Assembly: GCA_050186725.1 (NCBI GenBank) | Contig: JBFWYG010000002.1 | Coordinates: 5,027-69,026, forward strand | Direction of reading: 5' to 3' | From: Gammaproteobacteria bacterium | GTDB taxonomy: Bacteria > Pseudomonadota > Gammaproteobacteria > Ga0077536 | Length of the DNA: 64,000 nucleotides | Shown: piece by piece, positions 10,212-19,989 of the stretch | Layout of the letters: every line of letters begins with the position of its first letter | How positions within the stretch are numbered: position 1 is the stretch's first letter | The notes under the pieces: generated by a model | Databases searched by the model: none | Told to the model about the DNA's origin: nothing | What the model saw: the letters and a program-made list of their open reading frames with translations, nothing else | Program-made: the position numbers and the translations under genes

Positions 10212-11410
10212 GCGTGCGCGGAGGCGCACGGGCCTGGGCCCTGCTGGCCGGATCCTGGCTGGCGCAGGGGGCCATGGCCGCCGATGACGCCCAGCCCTGG
10301 TTGCTGGGCGACTGGAACGGCCACCGCTCGGCGCTCGCCGAGCGCGGCCTCGACATGGAGTTCCTCGCTACCAGCGACGTGATGGCGGTGGTCGACGGCG
10401 GACGCTCGCGGGGCGTCGAGGCGCTCGCCAACTTCGATGCGGTGTTCAACCTGGACACCGGCACCGCGGGCTGGTGGTCGAACGGCACGTTCCGCATGCA
10501 TGTGATCGGCTCGGTGGGCGGCTATCCCAGCCAGCGCGTGGGCGACATGCAGTTCACGAGCAACTACGAAGCCATCTCCAACACGGTGACGTTCTACGGC
10601 TTGAGCTACGAGCAACGCATGCTGGACGACCGGCTGGGACTCCTGGTCGGCCTGCACGAGGTGAACGAAGACTTCTACGTGACGGAAATGAGCGTGCTGT
10701 TCCTGAACAGCTCGCTCGGCATCGGCATCGACGTGACCCAGGCGGGGCCGTCGACGTTCCCGGTCACGGCGCCGGGTGTGCGGCTACGCCTGAACTGGAC
10801 ACCAGACACCTACCTGCTGGCCGCGGTCTACGACGGCGTACCCGGCGACCCCGACAATCCCTACGGGCCGCAGATCCAGTTCGACCACGGCGACGGCGTG
10901 TTCGCCATCGGTGAGGCCGGCCTGCTCGGCGGCGAAGGACGCTACTACAAGGTTGGCGTCGGCGGCTGGTATCGCACCAGCAACTTCGACGACCTGGACG
11001 GCGTGCCGCGGGACGAAAATTCCGGCATCTACGCGATCGCCGAAAGCGACCTGTGGCGCCAGGAGGATGGTCGCGGCGTGGGTGTGTTCACCCAGCTCGG
11101 TTTTGCTGACGGCGATGCCAACCAGGTGTCCACCTATGTAGGTGGGGGCGTCAACTGGACCGGGCCTTGCGCCTGTCGACCGGCGGACGTGGCGGGTCTG
11201 GCGGTCGCCCACGCGCGCAACGGCGACCACTTCATGCGGCTCGACCCGACCGTACAGCGCGCCGAGACGACCATCGAAATGACCTATCTCGTCGTGCCCA
11301 CGCCGTGGCTGTCGATCCAGCCCGACCTGCAGTACGTCATCGACCCGGGCACCGACAGCAGCCTGGACGACGCCCTGGTGCTCGGCCTGCGCGTGCAGCT
11401 CGCGCTGTGA
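10196..11410 (+). CDS. Carbohydrate-selective porin, OprB family
   Basis: Signal peptide (…[11 protein letters not shown]) then [17 protein letters not shown], typical of the OprB N-terminus. About 400 aa, beta-rich. The start overlaps the MCP 3' end by 16 nt. Confidence 0.65.
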   Translation: MERVLSVRGGARAWALLAGSWLAQGAMAADDAQPWLLGDWNGHRSALAERGLDMEFLATSDVMAVVDGGRSRGVEALANFDAVFNLDTGTAGWWSNGTFRMHVIGSVGGYPSQRVGDMQFTSNYEAISNTVTFYGLSYEQRMLDDRLGLLVGLHEVNEDFYVTEMSVLFLNSSLGIGIDVTQAGPSTFPVTAPGVRLRLNWTPDTYLLAAVYDGVPGDPDNPYGPQIQFDHGDGVFAIGEAGLLGGEGRYYKVGVGGWYRTSNFDDLDGVPRDENSGIYAIAESDLWRQEDGRGVGVFTQLGFADGDANQVSTYVGGGVNWTGPCACRPADVAGLAVAHARNGDHFMRLDPTVQRAETTIEMTYLVVPTPWLSIQPDLQYVIDPGTDSSLDDALVLGLRVQLAL

Positions 11411-11420
11411 GCGCCGCGCG

Positions 11421-11798
11421 CTAGAGCAGTTCGACCACCACCCGCTCGGCCTCCCCGGCGACCGCCGGCAGGCGGGCGCCGACGAAGGCGTCGCGGCTGT
11501 TGCCGCGCGGCAGCTGCGCCGGACCGACCACGCGGCGCTGTTCGGCGCGCGCCTTGCCCTGGCCATCGACGATGGCCACGCGCAGCACCCGCGGCGTGAG
11601 CACGCGGGTCAGGAGGTTGCGCGAGATGCGCGCCGCGACCACGGTCGCGTCGCCTTCGCTGCGCACCTCGGTGGATACCACGCGCAGCGCGCCGCCATTC
11701 GGGCTCAGCACCGGCGCGGCCTGCAGCGATCCCGACACGGTCAGCGCACTCGCCACGGCCAGCGCGCGCCAGGCGCGATGGGGAATCTTGGTATGCAT
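11421..11798 (-). CDS. Hypothetical secreted/periplasmic protein
   Basis: N-terminal signal peptide (ALAVASALTVSGSLQA/AP). No recognisable motifs. 125 aa. Confidence 0.35.
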   Translation of the reverse strand: MHTKIPHRAWRALAVASALTVSGSLQAAPVLSPNGGALRVVSTEVRSEGDATVVAARISRNLLTRVLTPRVLRVAIVDGQGKARAEQRRVVGPAQLPRGNSRDAFVGARLPAVAGEAERVVVELL

Positions 11799-12062
11799 AC
11801 AGTTCTGCTCCCGCTCGTACTTCCAGAGTGTCCTACCCCCCTGGCGCCGCCGGCGCCGGCCGGCGACGAGCCATCATTCACCACCCGTCGGCGCCCGGGC
11901 AAGCCCGAAGTGCGGCGTGGTGCGCATCTTTAACATTCAGGCCTCAAGTCTTCGCGACAGCGGTCGGGCCAGCCGGCCCCGGGTTGACGGGCCGGCGCGC
12001 GCCCCGTCTACTTGGATGTTCAACGCCACCATTTTCACGGCGCAAGCCGAGGAGTCTCGAAC

Positions 12063-13202
12063 ATGCATGTAGGTATGGCCGCCATCTTCCAGAACCCGGG
12101 CCGCGACAGCGGACACAGCGATTACGCCGTCTATCAGCAGGACATGAAGCTCGCCCTGTCGGCGGAGAGCCTGGGCTACGAGTCGGTGTGGGGCGTGGAG
12201 CACCACTTCACCGACTACACGATGACGCCCGACGTCACCCAGTTCCTGTCCTTCGTGGGCGGGCACAGCAAGAAGGTCAAGCTCGGCACCATGGTCATCG
12301 TGCTGCCGTGGAACGACCCGATGCGCATCGCCGAGAAGATCGCCATGCTCGATTGCATGTCCGAGGGTCGCCTGCTGGTCGGCATCGGCCGCGGGCTCGG
12401 CCGCGTCGAGTTCGAGGGTTTCCGCGTGCCGATGGGCGAATCTCGCGAGCGCTTCGTCGAATGCGCCGAGACCATCCTGCAGGGCCTCGAGCAGGGCTAC
12501 TGCGAGTACGACGGCAAGCACATCAAGCAGCCGCGCGCGCGCATCCGTCCGGAGCCGTTCCGCTCGTTCAAGAACCGCACCTACGCCGCCGCCGTGTCGC
12601 CAGAATCGGCGCTGATCATGGCGCGCCTCGGCGTCGGCCTGCTGGTCATTCCGCAGAAGCCCTGGGAAGAGCACGCCAAGGAACTCAAGGACTACGCGGA
12701 TCTGTATCGCAAGGAACAGGGCGTCGCCCCGCCGCGCCCCTATGTCACCGGTTGGGTGGCTTGCGACAAGGACGCCGGCCGCGCCGAGGAAATGGCGCGC
12801 AAGTACATCGGCGGCTACTGGCACTCGGTGGTCAAGCACTACGAAATGGGCGGCAGCCACTTCGAAGGCACGACCGGCTACGAGTACTACAAGCGCATGA
12901 CCGAAACGGTCGCGACACTCGGCGTGGACGCCATGACGGAATTTTTCATGAGCCTGCAGATCTGGGGCACGCCGGAGATGTGCTTCGAGAAGATCAAGGA
13001 CGTGCACTCGCGCACCGACTGCTGCGGCTTCACCGGTGTGTTCAGCTACGCCGGCATGTCGGAAGCAGTCGCCAGGGGCAACCTGGAACTGTTCGCCAAG
13101 GACGTGGTGCCGGAACTGAAGAAGCTCGGCCATCGCCCGCTGTTCGACACCGAGGTGGACGCCGCGCCGGCCTTCCTGCGCGACGAGAGCAAGGCCGCCT
13201 GA
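12063..13202 (+). CDS. LLM-class (luciferase-like) flavin-dependent oxidoreductase
   Basis: MAAIFQNP...ESVWGVEHHF...LLVGIGRG motifs of luciferase-like monooxygenases. An AGGAG RBS lies 8 nt before ATG 12063. Confidence 0.8.
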   Translation: MHVGMAAIFQNPGRDSGHSDYAVYQQDMKLALSAESLGYESVWGVEHHFTDYTMTPDVTQFLSFVGGHSKKVKLGTMVIVLPWNDPMRIAEKIAMLDCMSEGRLLVGIGRGLGRVEFEGFRVPMGESRERFVECAETILQGLEQGYCEYDGKHIKQPRARIRPEPFRSFKNRTYAAAVSPESALIMARLGVGLLVIPQKPWEEHAKELKDYADLYRKEQGVAPPRPYVTGWVACDKDAGRAEEMARKYIGGYWHSVVKHYEMGGSHFEGTTGYEYYKRMTETVATLGVDAMTEFFMSLQIWGTPEMCFEKIKDVHSRTDCCGFTGVFSYAGMSEAVARGNLELFAKDVVPELKKLGHRPLFDTEVDAAPAFLRDESKAA

Positions 13203-13213
13203 GCCCTGCCCTC

Positions 13214-13269
13214 CCAGGCGCGCGCGCCCGCGCGCGCCTGGCCGACAAGGGCGGCCAGGCCGCCCTTGT
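13214..13269. terminator. Two adjacent GC-rich perfect hairpins between convergent genes (candidate bidirectional terminator)
   Basis: ccaggcgcgcgcg/cgcgcgcgcctgg is a 13-bp stem. acaagggcggcc/ggccgcccttgt is a 12-bp stem. Both lie between the LLM stop (13202) and the GST stop (13279). Confidence 0.35.
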
Positions 13270-13278
13270 GCGTGCCGC

Positions 13279-13929
13279 TCAGCCTGCCATCTTGAGCTGC
13301 GGCGCCGCCGGGTGCAGGCTCGACTGGGCGCTCGGACGCGCCGCGACGCGTGCGTACCACGCCGTCAGGTTGGCGAACTCCGGCTCCAGCGGCTGACCGA
13401 CGCCCTTGGCGAAATCCACGCACGCGAACAGCACGATATCCGCGAGCGAGAAACGGCTGCCGGCGATGAAGTCGCGACCGGCCATGAGTCCGTTCAGCCA
13501 CTCCCGACCGGCCTTGCCCTTGGCCTTCAGGCCGGCAGCGGCCTCCGGCAGGCACAGCATGCGGTTGCGGAAGATCTCGATGCCTTCTGCGAAGCGGAAT
13601 CCGTTGTACATATATTCCGTGATGTTCAGTTCGACGCGGCGCACCCACATGCGCGTCTCGGCGCGCTGCTCGGCGGTCGTGCCGACGAGCGCCGGGGTGG
13701 GGTGCTTCTCTTCCAGGTACTCACATATGACCACCGTCTCGGCCAGCACCGTGCCGTCGTCCAGTTCCAGCGCCGGCGTCTGACCCGCGGGGTTCTTGCT
13801 CAGGTAGGGCGCCTGGCGATTCGCGCCGCCGAGCAGGTCCAGGTCTTCGCTGGGCAGGGTAATGCCCTTCTCGGCCATGAACATGCGCACGAGGCGCGGG
13901 TTCGGGCCAAAGGAATTCAGCAGCTTCAT
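13279..13929 (-). CDS. Glutathione S-transferase
   Basis: GST N-terminal thioredoxin-like fold (MKLLNSFGPNPRLVRMFMAEKG) and C-terminal helical domain. A GGAG RBS lies 8 nt upstream of MKLL. The ORF-track start at 13965 lacks an RBS. Confidence 0.8.
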   Translation of the reverse strand: MKLLNSFGPNPRLVRMFMAEKGITLPSEDLDLLGGANRQAPYLSKNPAGQTPALELDDGTVLAETVVICEYLEEKHPTPALVGTTAEQRAETRMWVRRVELNITEYMYNGFRFAEGIEIFRNRMLCLPEAAAGLKAKGKAGREWLNGLMAGRDFIAGSRFSLADIVLFACVDFAKGVGQPLEPEFANLTAWYARVAARPSAQSSLHPAAPQLKMAG

Positions 13930-14304
13930 ATCGTTGTCTCCTCGCTGGTCTGGCCTCGCCGGCACGAGCGCCGGCGCGATCCCGAAGGTGTTCGGGAACG
14001 GCCGTTATAGGGAGGGGCCGCAGGCGCGTCAATCGACGCGGCTGGGTCGGGCCCGGCCGCGCCGTGTTCGTTCAGGCGCGGCTCAGTTCGGGCTGACATG
14101 CTGCGCGCGCTTTACTTTTCCCATGGTGCGACGCACCATGCGCCGCCGCGAAGCGGGCCCGATGACCCGGCAGGCTGCGAGCCCTGGTGGGAACGCGTCC
14201 CCGGTCCTACGGATCTGGATGAGCTGCGTGCATTTAACGTTTGATTCATTGGGCCTTTGTCAATACCATTCACGTATCGTGATGGTTCCCACGGTGAACC
14301 AACA

Positions 14305-14946
14305 ATGCTGAGACCCCTGCGCTACTGGCTGGCTGCCTTGATCTTCCTGCCGCTCCTTTGCGGCGCCGCAGAGGCGCCAGTCGTCTCGGGACCGACCTGT
14401 GGCGGACGCCAGCACGAGGTGCCTCTCGCCACCGAGACCGGCTCGGTCGGCATCGTGCAGAACATGGCCGAGGACCCCAGCTCCATCCGGGTCGTGGCGG
14501 GCAGACTGCTGACCAAGGCCTTCGACCTGGACCGCAAGACCGCGCGCGCCGACTGCGGGCCGCATTGCCCGGCGCGGGAAATGTCGCAGATCGTCTACCG
14601 CGTGACGCCCACCGCCTTCCTCGCCGATGAGCAGCAACGCGACGTGTGCCGTCAGTTCGAGCACGAGACGCGCTCCCGGCCCATGACCTTCGACCAGCGC
14701 GAGTTCGCGAGCGTCGAGGCGATGAACCAGTGGATCATGGAGTTCTCCCAGGGCCGGGGTGAAGACGGGCGCCTGCTGTACGCGCGCTGCTCGTCGAACT
14801 GCAGCCCGCGCTACACCTTCCTGATCGCCGAGCAGACCAGCGGCTACGCCGTGAAGACCGAGGTGCTTTGCGGCCTGGCGCGCGACAAGACCAACGACGT
14901 CTACCTGGTATCGACCGCCGTACGGCGCAGCTGCGCGCTGAATTGA
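14305..14946 (+). CDS. Hypothetical cysteine-rich secreted protein
   Basis: Signal peptide (LAALIFLPLLCGAAEA) followed by about 12 Cys in a soluble domain. No family recognised. Confidence 0.4.
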   Translation: MLRPLRYWLAALIFLPLLCGAAEAPVVSGPTCGGRQHEVPLATETGSVGIVQNMAEDPSSIRVVAGRLLTKAFDLDRKTARADCGPHCPAREMSQIVYRVTPTAFLADEQQRDVCRQFEHETRSRPMTFDQREFASVEAMNQWIMEFSQGRGEDGRLLYARCSSNCSPRYTFLIAEQTSGYAVKTEVLCGLARDKTNDVYLVSTAVRRSCALN

Positions 14947-14957
14947 GCATCGCGGCC

Positions 14958-15842
14958 ATGGATCGGGGCGTCACCGACGCCGCCCGCCGCTGGGCGTGGC
15001 CGCTGCTGGTGACGAGCGCCTGCGCGATCCTCGCGGCGGGCTTCGCGCGCGACACCCCCACCCTGTTCTTCAATCTCTCCTACGCCTGGATCATCGCCTG
15101 GCTTCTGCTGCTCGAAGCGTGGCTGCCGTTCCGCGAGACCTGGCGCCGATCGGACGGTCAGATCCTGCAGGACCTCGGTCACAGCGTGCTGAACAAGGGC
15201 CTGGTGCAACTCATCATCGTCACGCTCGCAGGGCACGGCGTGCTGGAGCAGCGCGCGCCGGGACTGCTCGGCACGGCGCCCATGGCGCTGCAGGTGGCGG
15301 TGGGACTGGTGGCGTCGGAATTCGGCCTCTACTGGGCGCACCGACTGAAGCACGAATGGCCGGCGCTGTGGCGCTTCCATGCTGTCCATCACAGCGTGCG
15401 CAAGCTGTGGCTGGTGAACACCGGACGCTTCCACTTCGTCGACTCGCTGCTGGCGGTGGCGGCGAGCTTGCCGGGACTGCTGCTGACCGGCATCTCGATG
15501 GACGCGATCATCTGGGTCAGCGCCATCACCGCCTACATCGGCATCCTCACCCACTGCAATGTCGACATGTGCTGCGGGCGCCTGAGCCTGGTGTTCAACA
15601 CCCCCAACCTGCACCGCTGGCACCATGCGATCGACACCAGCATCGGCAACAGCAACTACGGCGAGAATCTCGTACTGTGGGATCGCCTGCTCGGCACCTT
15701 CCACCATCGGCCGGGCGCCGAGGTCGAGGCCATCGGCATTCGCGAGTTCATGCCGACCGGGTTCCTGGGCCAGCTCGCCGCGCCGTTCCGCTGGCGGCGC
15801 TGCCAGGCGGAAGGCGCCTCAACCGCCGGCGAAGGACGCTGA
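14958..15842 (+). CDS. Fatty acid hydroxylase superfamily protein (sterol desaturase family; OlsE-like candidate lipid hydroxylase)
   Basis: Multi-TM protein with the three histidine boxes HRLKH, HAVHH and HRWHH. Start at MDRGV within longer ORF 14868..15842. Confidence 0.7.
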   Translation: MDRGVTDAARRWAWPLLVTSACAILAAGFARDTPTLFFNLSYAWIIAWLLLLEAWLPFRETWRRSDGQILQDLGHSVLNKGLVQLIIVTLAGHGVLEQRAPGLLGTAPMALQVAVGLVASEFGLYWAHRLKHEWPALWRFHAVHHSVRKLWLVNTGRFHFVDSLLAVAASLPGLLLTGISMDAIIWVSAITAYIGILTHCNVDMCCGRLSLVFNTPNLHRWHHAIDTSIGNSNYGENLVLWDRLLGTFHHRPGAEVEAIGIREFMPTGFLGQLAAPFRWRRCQAEGASTAGEGR

Positions 15843-16739
15843 GCTGCGCAAGCGCAACCATTGCCAACCCAGCCAACCCATCATGCGCACCAGCCGCGCG
15901 GTGCCACGCAGGCCAAGCGCAAGCGCGATCATGCTGACCAGCGCGCGCACGTGAGCAAGGCCGTACATCGACATGACGAGCCGCTGGTAGACCGCCGCGC
16001 AGCGCGCGCGCTCGTAGCGCGCCCCCGGCCGAGTGGCCTCGTTGGCACTGAACCACGCGAAGGCCAGTTCGTCGTCGTCGGTCTCGCCCACCCGCCCGAG
16101 CGCGATGCGCAGCCGCGCCCAGGGCCCGAGGCCCGCCTGGCGGGCATAGCGAGCGAGATGGCGGTGAAACAAGCGGTAGTGCTGGGCCTCGTCCTGCGCG
16201 ATGCGATGGCAGATGTCGCGCAACACGGGCTCGGCGGCGCGATCGCGGAGCGCCGAGTAGTAGGAACAGGTGCCCGACTCCACCACGCAGCGCGCCAGCA
16301 GCTCGCCTGCCCGCGAACCACGCACCGATTCCGCCGCGTCGAGCGGGATGCGGTAGCCGGCGCGGAAGCGGGCCAGCGCCGCGGCGAAGTCGAAACCGGG
16401 GTCGGCGAGTTCGGCCCAGCGCCCGAGCGCCGCGCCGTGCTGCGCCTCCTCCTCTCCCCAGCGCGCGGCGGCGGCGCGGAACGCCGGGTCGTCGGCGAAC
16501 ACGTTGTCGAGGTAGCGCACGTAGTCGGCGCTGTTGGCCTCGACCACCGCGGCGGTCTTCACCGCCGCCAGCAGGCGCGGGTCCACCGCGGAACGCTCGA
16601 AGCCCGCCCAGTCAATGTCTTCCAGACGCCAGTGGCGCGTCGCGCGTCCCGAGGGAGGCTGGCTTTCGGTATGATGCGCGCCCGCGGTGGCCGGCGCGCT
16701 TGCGCCGGACGTATCCGGCGTATCGGAGGCGTGGAGCAT
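15819..16739 (-). CDS. Ferritin-like diiron-carboxylate protein (acyl-ACP-desaturase/AurF-like)
   Basis: Two E..H diiron motifs (EEEAQH, DEAQHYRLFHRH). 3' end overlaps the convergent hydroxylase gene by 24 nt. Confidence 0.45.
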   Translation of the reverse strand: MLHASDTPDTSGASAPATAGAHHTESQPPSGRATRHWRLEDIDWAGFERSAVDPRLLAAVKTAAVVEANSADYVRYLDNVFADDPAFRAAAARWGEEEAQHGAALGRWAELADPGFDFAAALARFRAGYRIPLDAAESVRGSRAGELLARCVVESGTCSYYSALRDRAAEPVLRDICHRIAQDEAQHYRLFHRHLARYARQAGLGPWARLRIALGRVGETDDDELAFAWFSANEATRPGARYERARCAAVYQRLVMSMYGLAHVRALVSMIALALGLRGTARLVRMMGWLGWQWLRLRSSASFAGG

Positions 16740-16849
16740 CGACGATGGGGCTCGAAAGGTCGCGGTCGTGACTCTGGGCCCGCTAGTGTAACAATCTCGT
16801 GCGAGCCTGCCTCGGCCCGCCGCCGTCCCGCGGAGAACATCCAGCCTTC

Positions 16850-18688
16850 ATGACGCGCGAACGCTCCTACTTCACCCTGCGACACCATCTGCCCCAAGCC
16901 TTAGGTCCGCTGCGCGGACCGCTGGCCCGCACGCTTGATCGCGCGCTCCGGCTCGACGGCCTGAACGACGTCTGGCGTGCCATCCCGGTGGGTACCGACC
17001 CGCACACCTTCGCGCGCTGCGTGCTGGACAACTGCGGCGTCGAGGCGCGCATCGACGACTCGCTGAGCAACGTGCCGGCCAGCGGCCCGTGCATCGTCGT
17101 CGCCAATCATCCGCACGGCATGCTGGACGGCGTGGCGATGGTCGAGCTGCTCATGCGCCGACGGCCCGACCTGCGCGTGATGGCGAATTTCCTGCTGCTG
17201 AACTTCAACGAGCTCGCGCCGATCTTCATCGGCGTCGATCCGTTCGGCGGCCCGAATGCGTCCCGCGCCAATTTCAGCGCGGTTCGTCGCGCGCTCGCCT
17301 GGCTGAAGCAGGGCGGCGTGCTCATGCTGTTCCCGGGCGGCGAAGTCTCGAGTCTCAGCCTGCGCACACGCGTCGTGAGCGACCCGCCCTGGGATGCCGG
17401 CGTCGGCTGGCTGGTGGAGAAGTCCGGCGCGCCGGTCGTGCCGTGCTTCATCGATGGCCGCAACAGCGCGCTGTTCCAGGCCGCCGGCCTGCTCCATCCG
17501 CGGCTGCGCACCGCGCTCCTGGTGCGCGAGATGCTGAATCACCGCGGGACGGTGCTGAACGTCAAGTGCGGTCGGCCCATCGAAGCGGAGACGCTCGCGG
17601 TGCTCGGCGATCGCGCCGCCATCGGCCCCTACCTGCAGGCCAACACCTACCTCATCAAGGCACGCAACGCCTATCGCAAGCCGGTGCGCCTGACGCGCGT
17701 GCCGCCTGCCCAGGTGCATCGCGAACCGCTGGCCGCGGCCATCGAGCCGGCGCTCTTGGCGCGCGAGGTCGGGGCGCTCGCGCCCGAACAGCGCCTGGTC
17801 AGCACCAGCCAGTACGAAGTGTGGGTGGCGCAGGCCGACCAGGTGCCGTGGCTGCTGCAGGAAATCGGTCGCCTGCGCGAGATGACCTTCCGCCAGGTCG
17901 GCGAGGGCACCGGGCGCAGCGTCGACCTGGACCTGTTCGACAGCTATTACCTGCACCTCTTCGTGTGGGACCCGGCCAAGCAGCTGGTCATCGGCGGTTA
18001 CCGTCTCGGCCAGGCCGACCGCATCCTGTCGCGCTACGGCGCGCGCGGCCTGTACGTGCGCAGCCTGTTCAAGCTCGAGCGCTCACTGGAGGCGGAGCTG
18101 CATTCCGCGCTCGAGGTCGGACGCTCCTTCGTGCGCCCGGAGCACCAGCGCAACTACTCCTCGCTGATGCTGCTGTGGAAGGGCATAGGCGCCTATGTCG
18201 CCCGCCATCCGCACTACCGCGTGCTGTTCGGCCCGGTCAGCATCAGCAACGACTACCACCCGGTCTCGCAGCAGCTGATGGTGCGCTTCCTGCAACGCAA
18301 TCGGATGGAGCCGCAGCGCGCCAGCCTGGTGAAGCCGCGGCGACCCTTTCCGCGCGGGGATCGAACCGCCACGCTGATGGATCTGAACGTGAGCGATCTG
18401 CGCATCATCGCCGCGCTGCTGAACACGGTGGAGGAGCAGGACATCGGCATCCCGGTGCTGCTCCGCCAGTACCTGAAACTGAACGGGCGCATCCTCGGCT
18501 TCAACGTGGACCCGGAGTTCAACAACGCCATCGACTGCCTGCTGTGGGTGGACCTGTCGCTGACCGAGGTGCCGCTGCTGCGCAAGTACATGGGCGCCGA
18601 GGGCGCGGACCGCTTCCTCGCCCACCACGGCTGCGCGGCGGACGGCGCGGCCGCTGCGCCGCTGCGCCGCGTGAACCAGGCCGAGTGA
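16850..18688 (+). CDS. Bifunctional lysophospholipid/aminolipid acyltransferase, OlsF-like (N-terminal PlsC-type O-acyltransferase plus C-terminal OlsB/GNAT-like N-acyltransferase)
   Basis: N-terminal HX4D acyltransferase motif (VVANHPHGMLDG) and FPGGEVS motif. The C-terminal ~300 aa resemble the OlsB/hemolysin-like N-acyltransferase fold (...DLFDSYYLHLFVWD...IGGYRLG...). Confidence 0.55.
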   Translation: MTRERSYFTLRHHLPQALGPLRGPLARTLDRALRLDGLNDVWRAIPVGTDPHTFARCVLDNCGVEARIDDSLSNVPASGPCIVVANHPHGMLDGVAMVELLMRRRPDLRVMANFLLLNFNELAPIFIGVDPFGGPNASRANFSAVRRALAWLKQGGVLMLFPGGEVSSLSLRTRVVSDPPWDAGVGWLVEKSGAPVVPCFIDGRNSALFQAAGLLHPRLRTALLVREMLNHRGTVLNVKCGRPIEAETLAVLGDRAAIGPYLQANTYLIKARNAYRKPVRLTRVPPAQVHREPLAAAIEPALLAREVGALAPEQRLVSTSQYEVWVAQADQVPWLLQEIGRLREMTFRQVGEGTGRSVDLDLFDSYYLHLFVWDPAKQLVIGGYRLGQADRILSRYGARGLYVRSLFKLERSLEAELHSALEVGRSFVRPEHQRNYSSLMLLWKGIGAYVARHPHYRVLFGPVSISNDYHPVSQQLMVRFLQRNRMEPQRASLVKPRRPFPRGDRTATLMDLNVSDLRIIAALLNTVEEQDIGIPVLLRQYLKLNGRILGFNVDPEFNNAIDCLLWVDLSLTEVPLLRKYMGAEGADRFLAHHGCAADGAAAAPLRRVNQAE

Positions 18689-18758
18689 CGCCTGCCAGGC
18701 GCGCGTCGGCCGCGTATACTCCGGCCACCACGGGCAACACTCCAGGGGAGGAATCGCC

Positions 18759-19145
18759 ATGCAAGTGAACCAGAACGCGTCCTTGAAGAAGCACCACCTG
18801 CCGGGCCTGGAGCACCAGACCCTGGCCGGGCAGCGCGACGGCCTGAAGAGTATCGAAGTCTGGCGTCAGACCATCGCCGCGGGCGCCGCGACACCGGTCC
18901 ACCGCCACGACTGCGAAGAAGTGATCGTGGTGCTGAAGGGCGAGGCGGTGTGCTACTGCGGTGGCCAGGAGTACCGCGCCAAGGAAGACGAGACCTTCGT
19001 CATTCCGTCCGGCGTCACCCACCAGATCTGCAACGCCGGCGACAGCGACCTGTACATCATGGCGACGCTGGCCATGGCGCCGGTCCGAGTGGAAACGGCG
19101 GAGCACCAGCACATGGCGCTGCCCTGGGACGGCCAGCAGGCATGA
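18759..19145 (+). CDS. Cupin-domain protein
   Basis: Single cupin barrel with His cluster (PVHRHDCEEVIVVLKG ... GVTHQICN). GGGGAGG RBS upstream. Confidence 0.7.
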   Translation: MQVNQNASLKKHHLPGLEHQTLAGQRDGLKSIEVWRQTIAAGAATPVHRHDCEEVIVVLKGEAVCYCGGQEYRAKEDETFVIPSGVTHQICNAGDSDLYIMATLAMAPVRVETAEHQHMALPWDGQQA

Positions 19146-19969
19146 GCGCGGCCGGCGGCGCGACCGTGCGCACGGCCTTCGTGCCGGGCGCGCCGCGACT
19201 GGCCTACGACGTGGCCGGCGACGGTCCGGCGACCCTGGTCTGCCTGCACGGCGTCGGCGGCAACCGACGCAACTGGACCGAACAACTGACCGCGCTCGCC
19301 GACGTCTGCCGGGTGGTGGCGTGGGACGCGCGTGGCTACGGCGACAGCGACGACTATGAGGGGCCGCTCGCCTTCACCGATTTCGCCGACGACCTGCTGC
19401 GCCTCCTCGATCACCTGGGCGTGGCGCGCGCCCACCTGTGCGGCCTGTCCATGGGCGGACGCATCATTCTCGATTTCCACGAGCGCCACGCCGACCGGGT
19501 CGCGAGCCTGGTCCTGGTGGACACTTTCCCCGGCTACGACGCGTCCTTCACCGCCGAGGGCCGCGAACGCTTCGTGCGCGAGCGGCGCCAGCCGCTGATC
19601 GAAGGCAAGGAACCGCGCGACATCGCGCCCGCGGTGGCGAAGTCCCTGGTCTCGCCGAAGACCTCGCCGGACATCCTGCAGAAACTCGTCGACAGCATCT
19701 CGATCCTGCACAAGGATTCGTACATCAAGACCATCGAAGCGCTGACCATGTACCAGCCGGTCACGGACGTCTCGCTCATCCGCTGCCCGGTGCAGGTCAT
19801 CGTCGGGGCGGACGACCGCCTCACGCCGCCTTCCATCTCGCGCAAGATGGCCGAGAGCATCGCCGGCGCGCGGCTGCTCGAGATCCCGGACGCCGGACAC
19901 TTGAGCAATCTCGAGGCGCCGACGGCGTTCAACGCCTGCCTGCGCGAGTTCCTCACCCCACTCGTCTAG
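19142..19969 (+). CDS. Alpha/beta-hydrolase (3-oxoadipate enol-lactonase-like)
   Basis: HGVGGN oxyanion region, nucleophile elbow GLSMGG, C-terminal His. ATGA overlap with the cupin stop suggests translational coupling. Confidence 0.8.
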   Translation: MSAAGGATVRTAFVPGAPRLAYDVAGDGPATLVCLHGVGGNRRNWTEQLTALADVCRVVAWDARGYGDSDDYEGPLAFTDFADDLLRLLDHLGVARAHLCGLSMGGRIILDFHERHADRVASLVLVDTFPGYDASFTAEGRERFVRERRQPLIEGKEPRDIAPAVAKSLVSPKTSPDILQKLVDSISILHKDSYIKTIEALTMYQPVTDVSLIRCPVQVIVGADDRLTPPSISRKMAESIAGARLLEIPDAGHLSNLEAPTAFNACLREFLTPLV

Positions 19970-19989
19970 CCGCCCGCGCCGGCCGGCGC

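Noticed and set aside
11828-13396. 522-aa plus-strand ORF and 398-aa minus-strand ORF (11937..13133) overlapping the LLM oxidoreductase
   Set aside because: Arg/Pro/Gly-rich translations typical of off-frame reading of about 70% GC DNA. The LLM frame has clear family motifs and an RBS.
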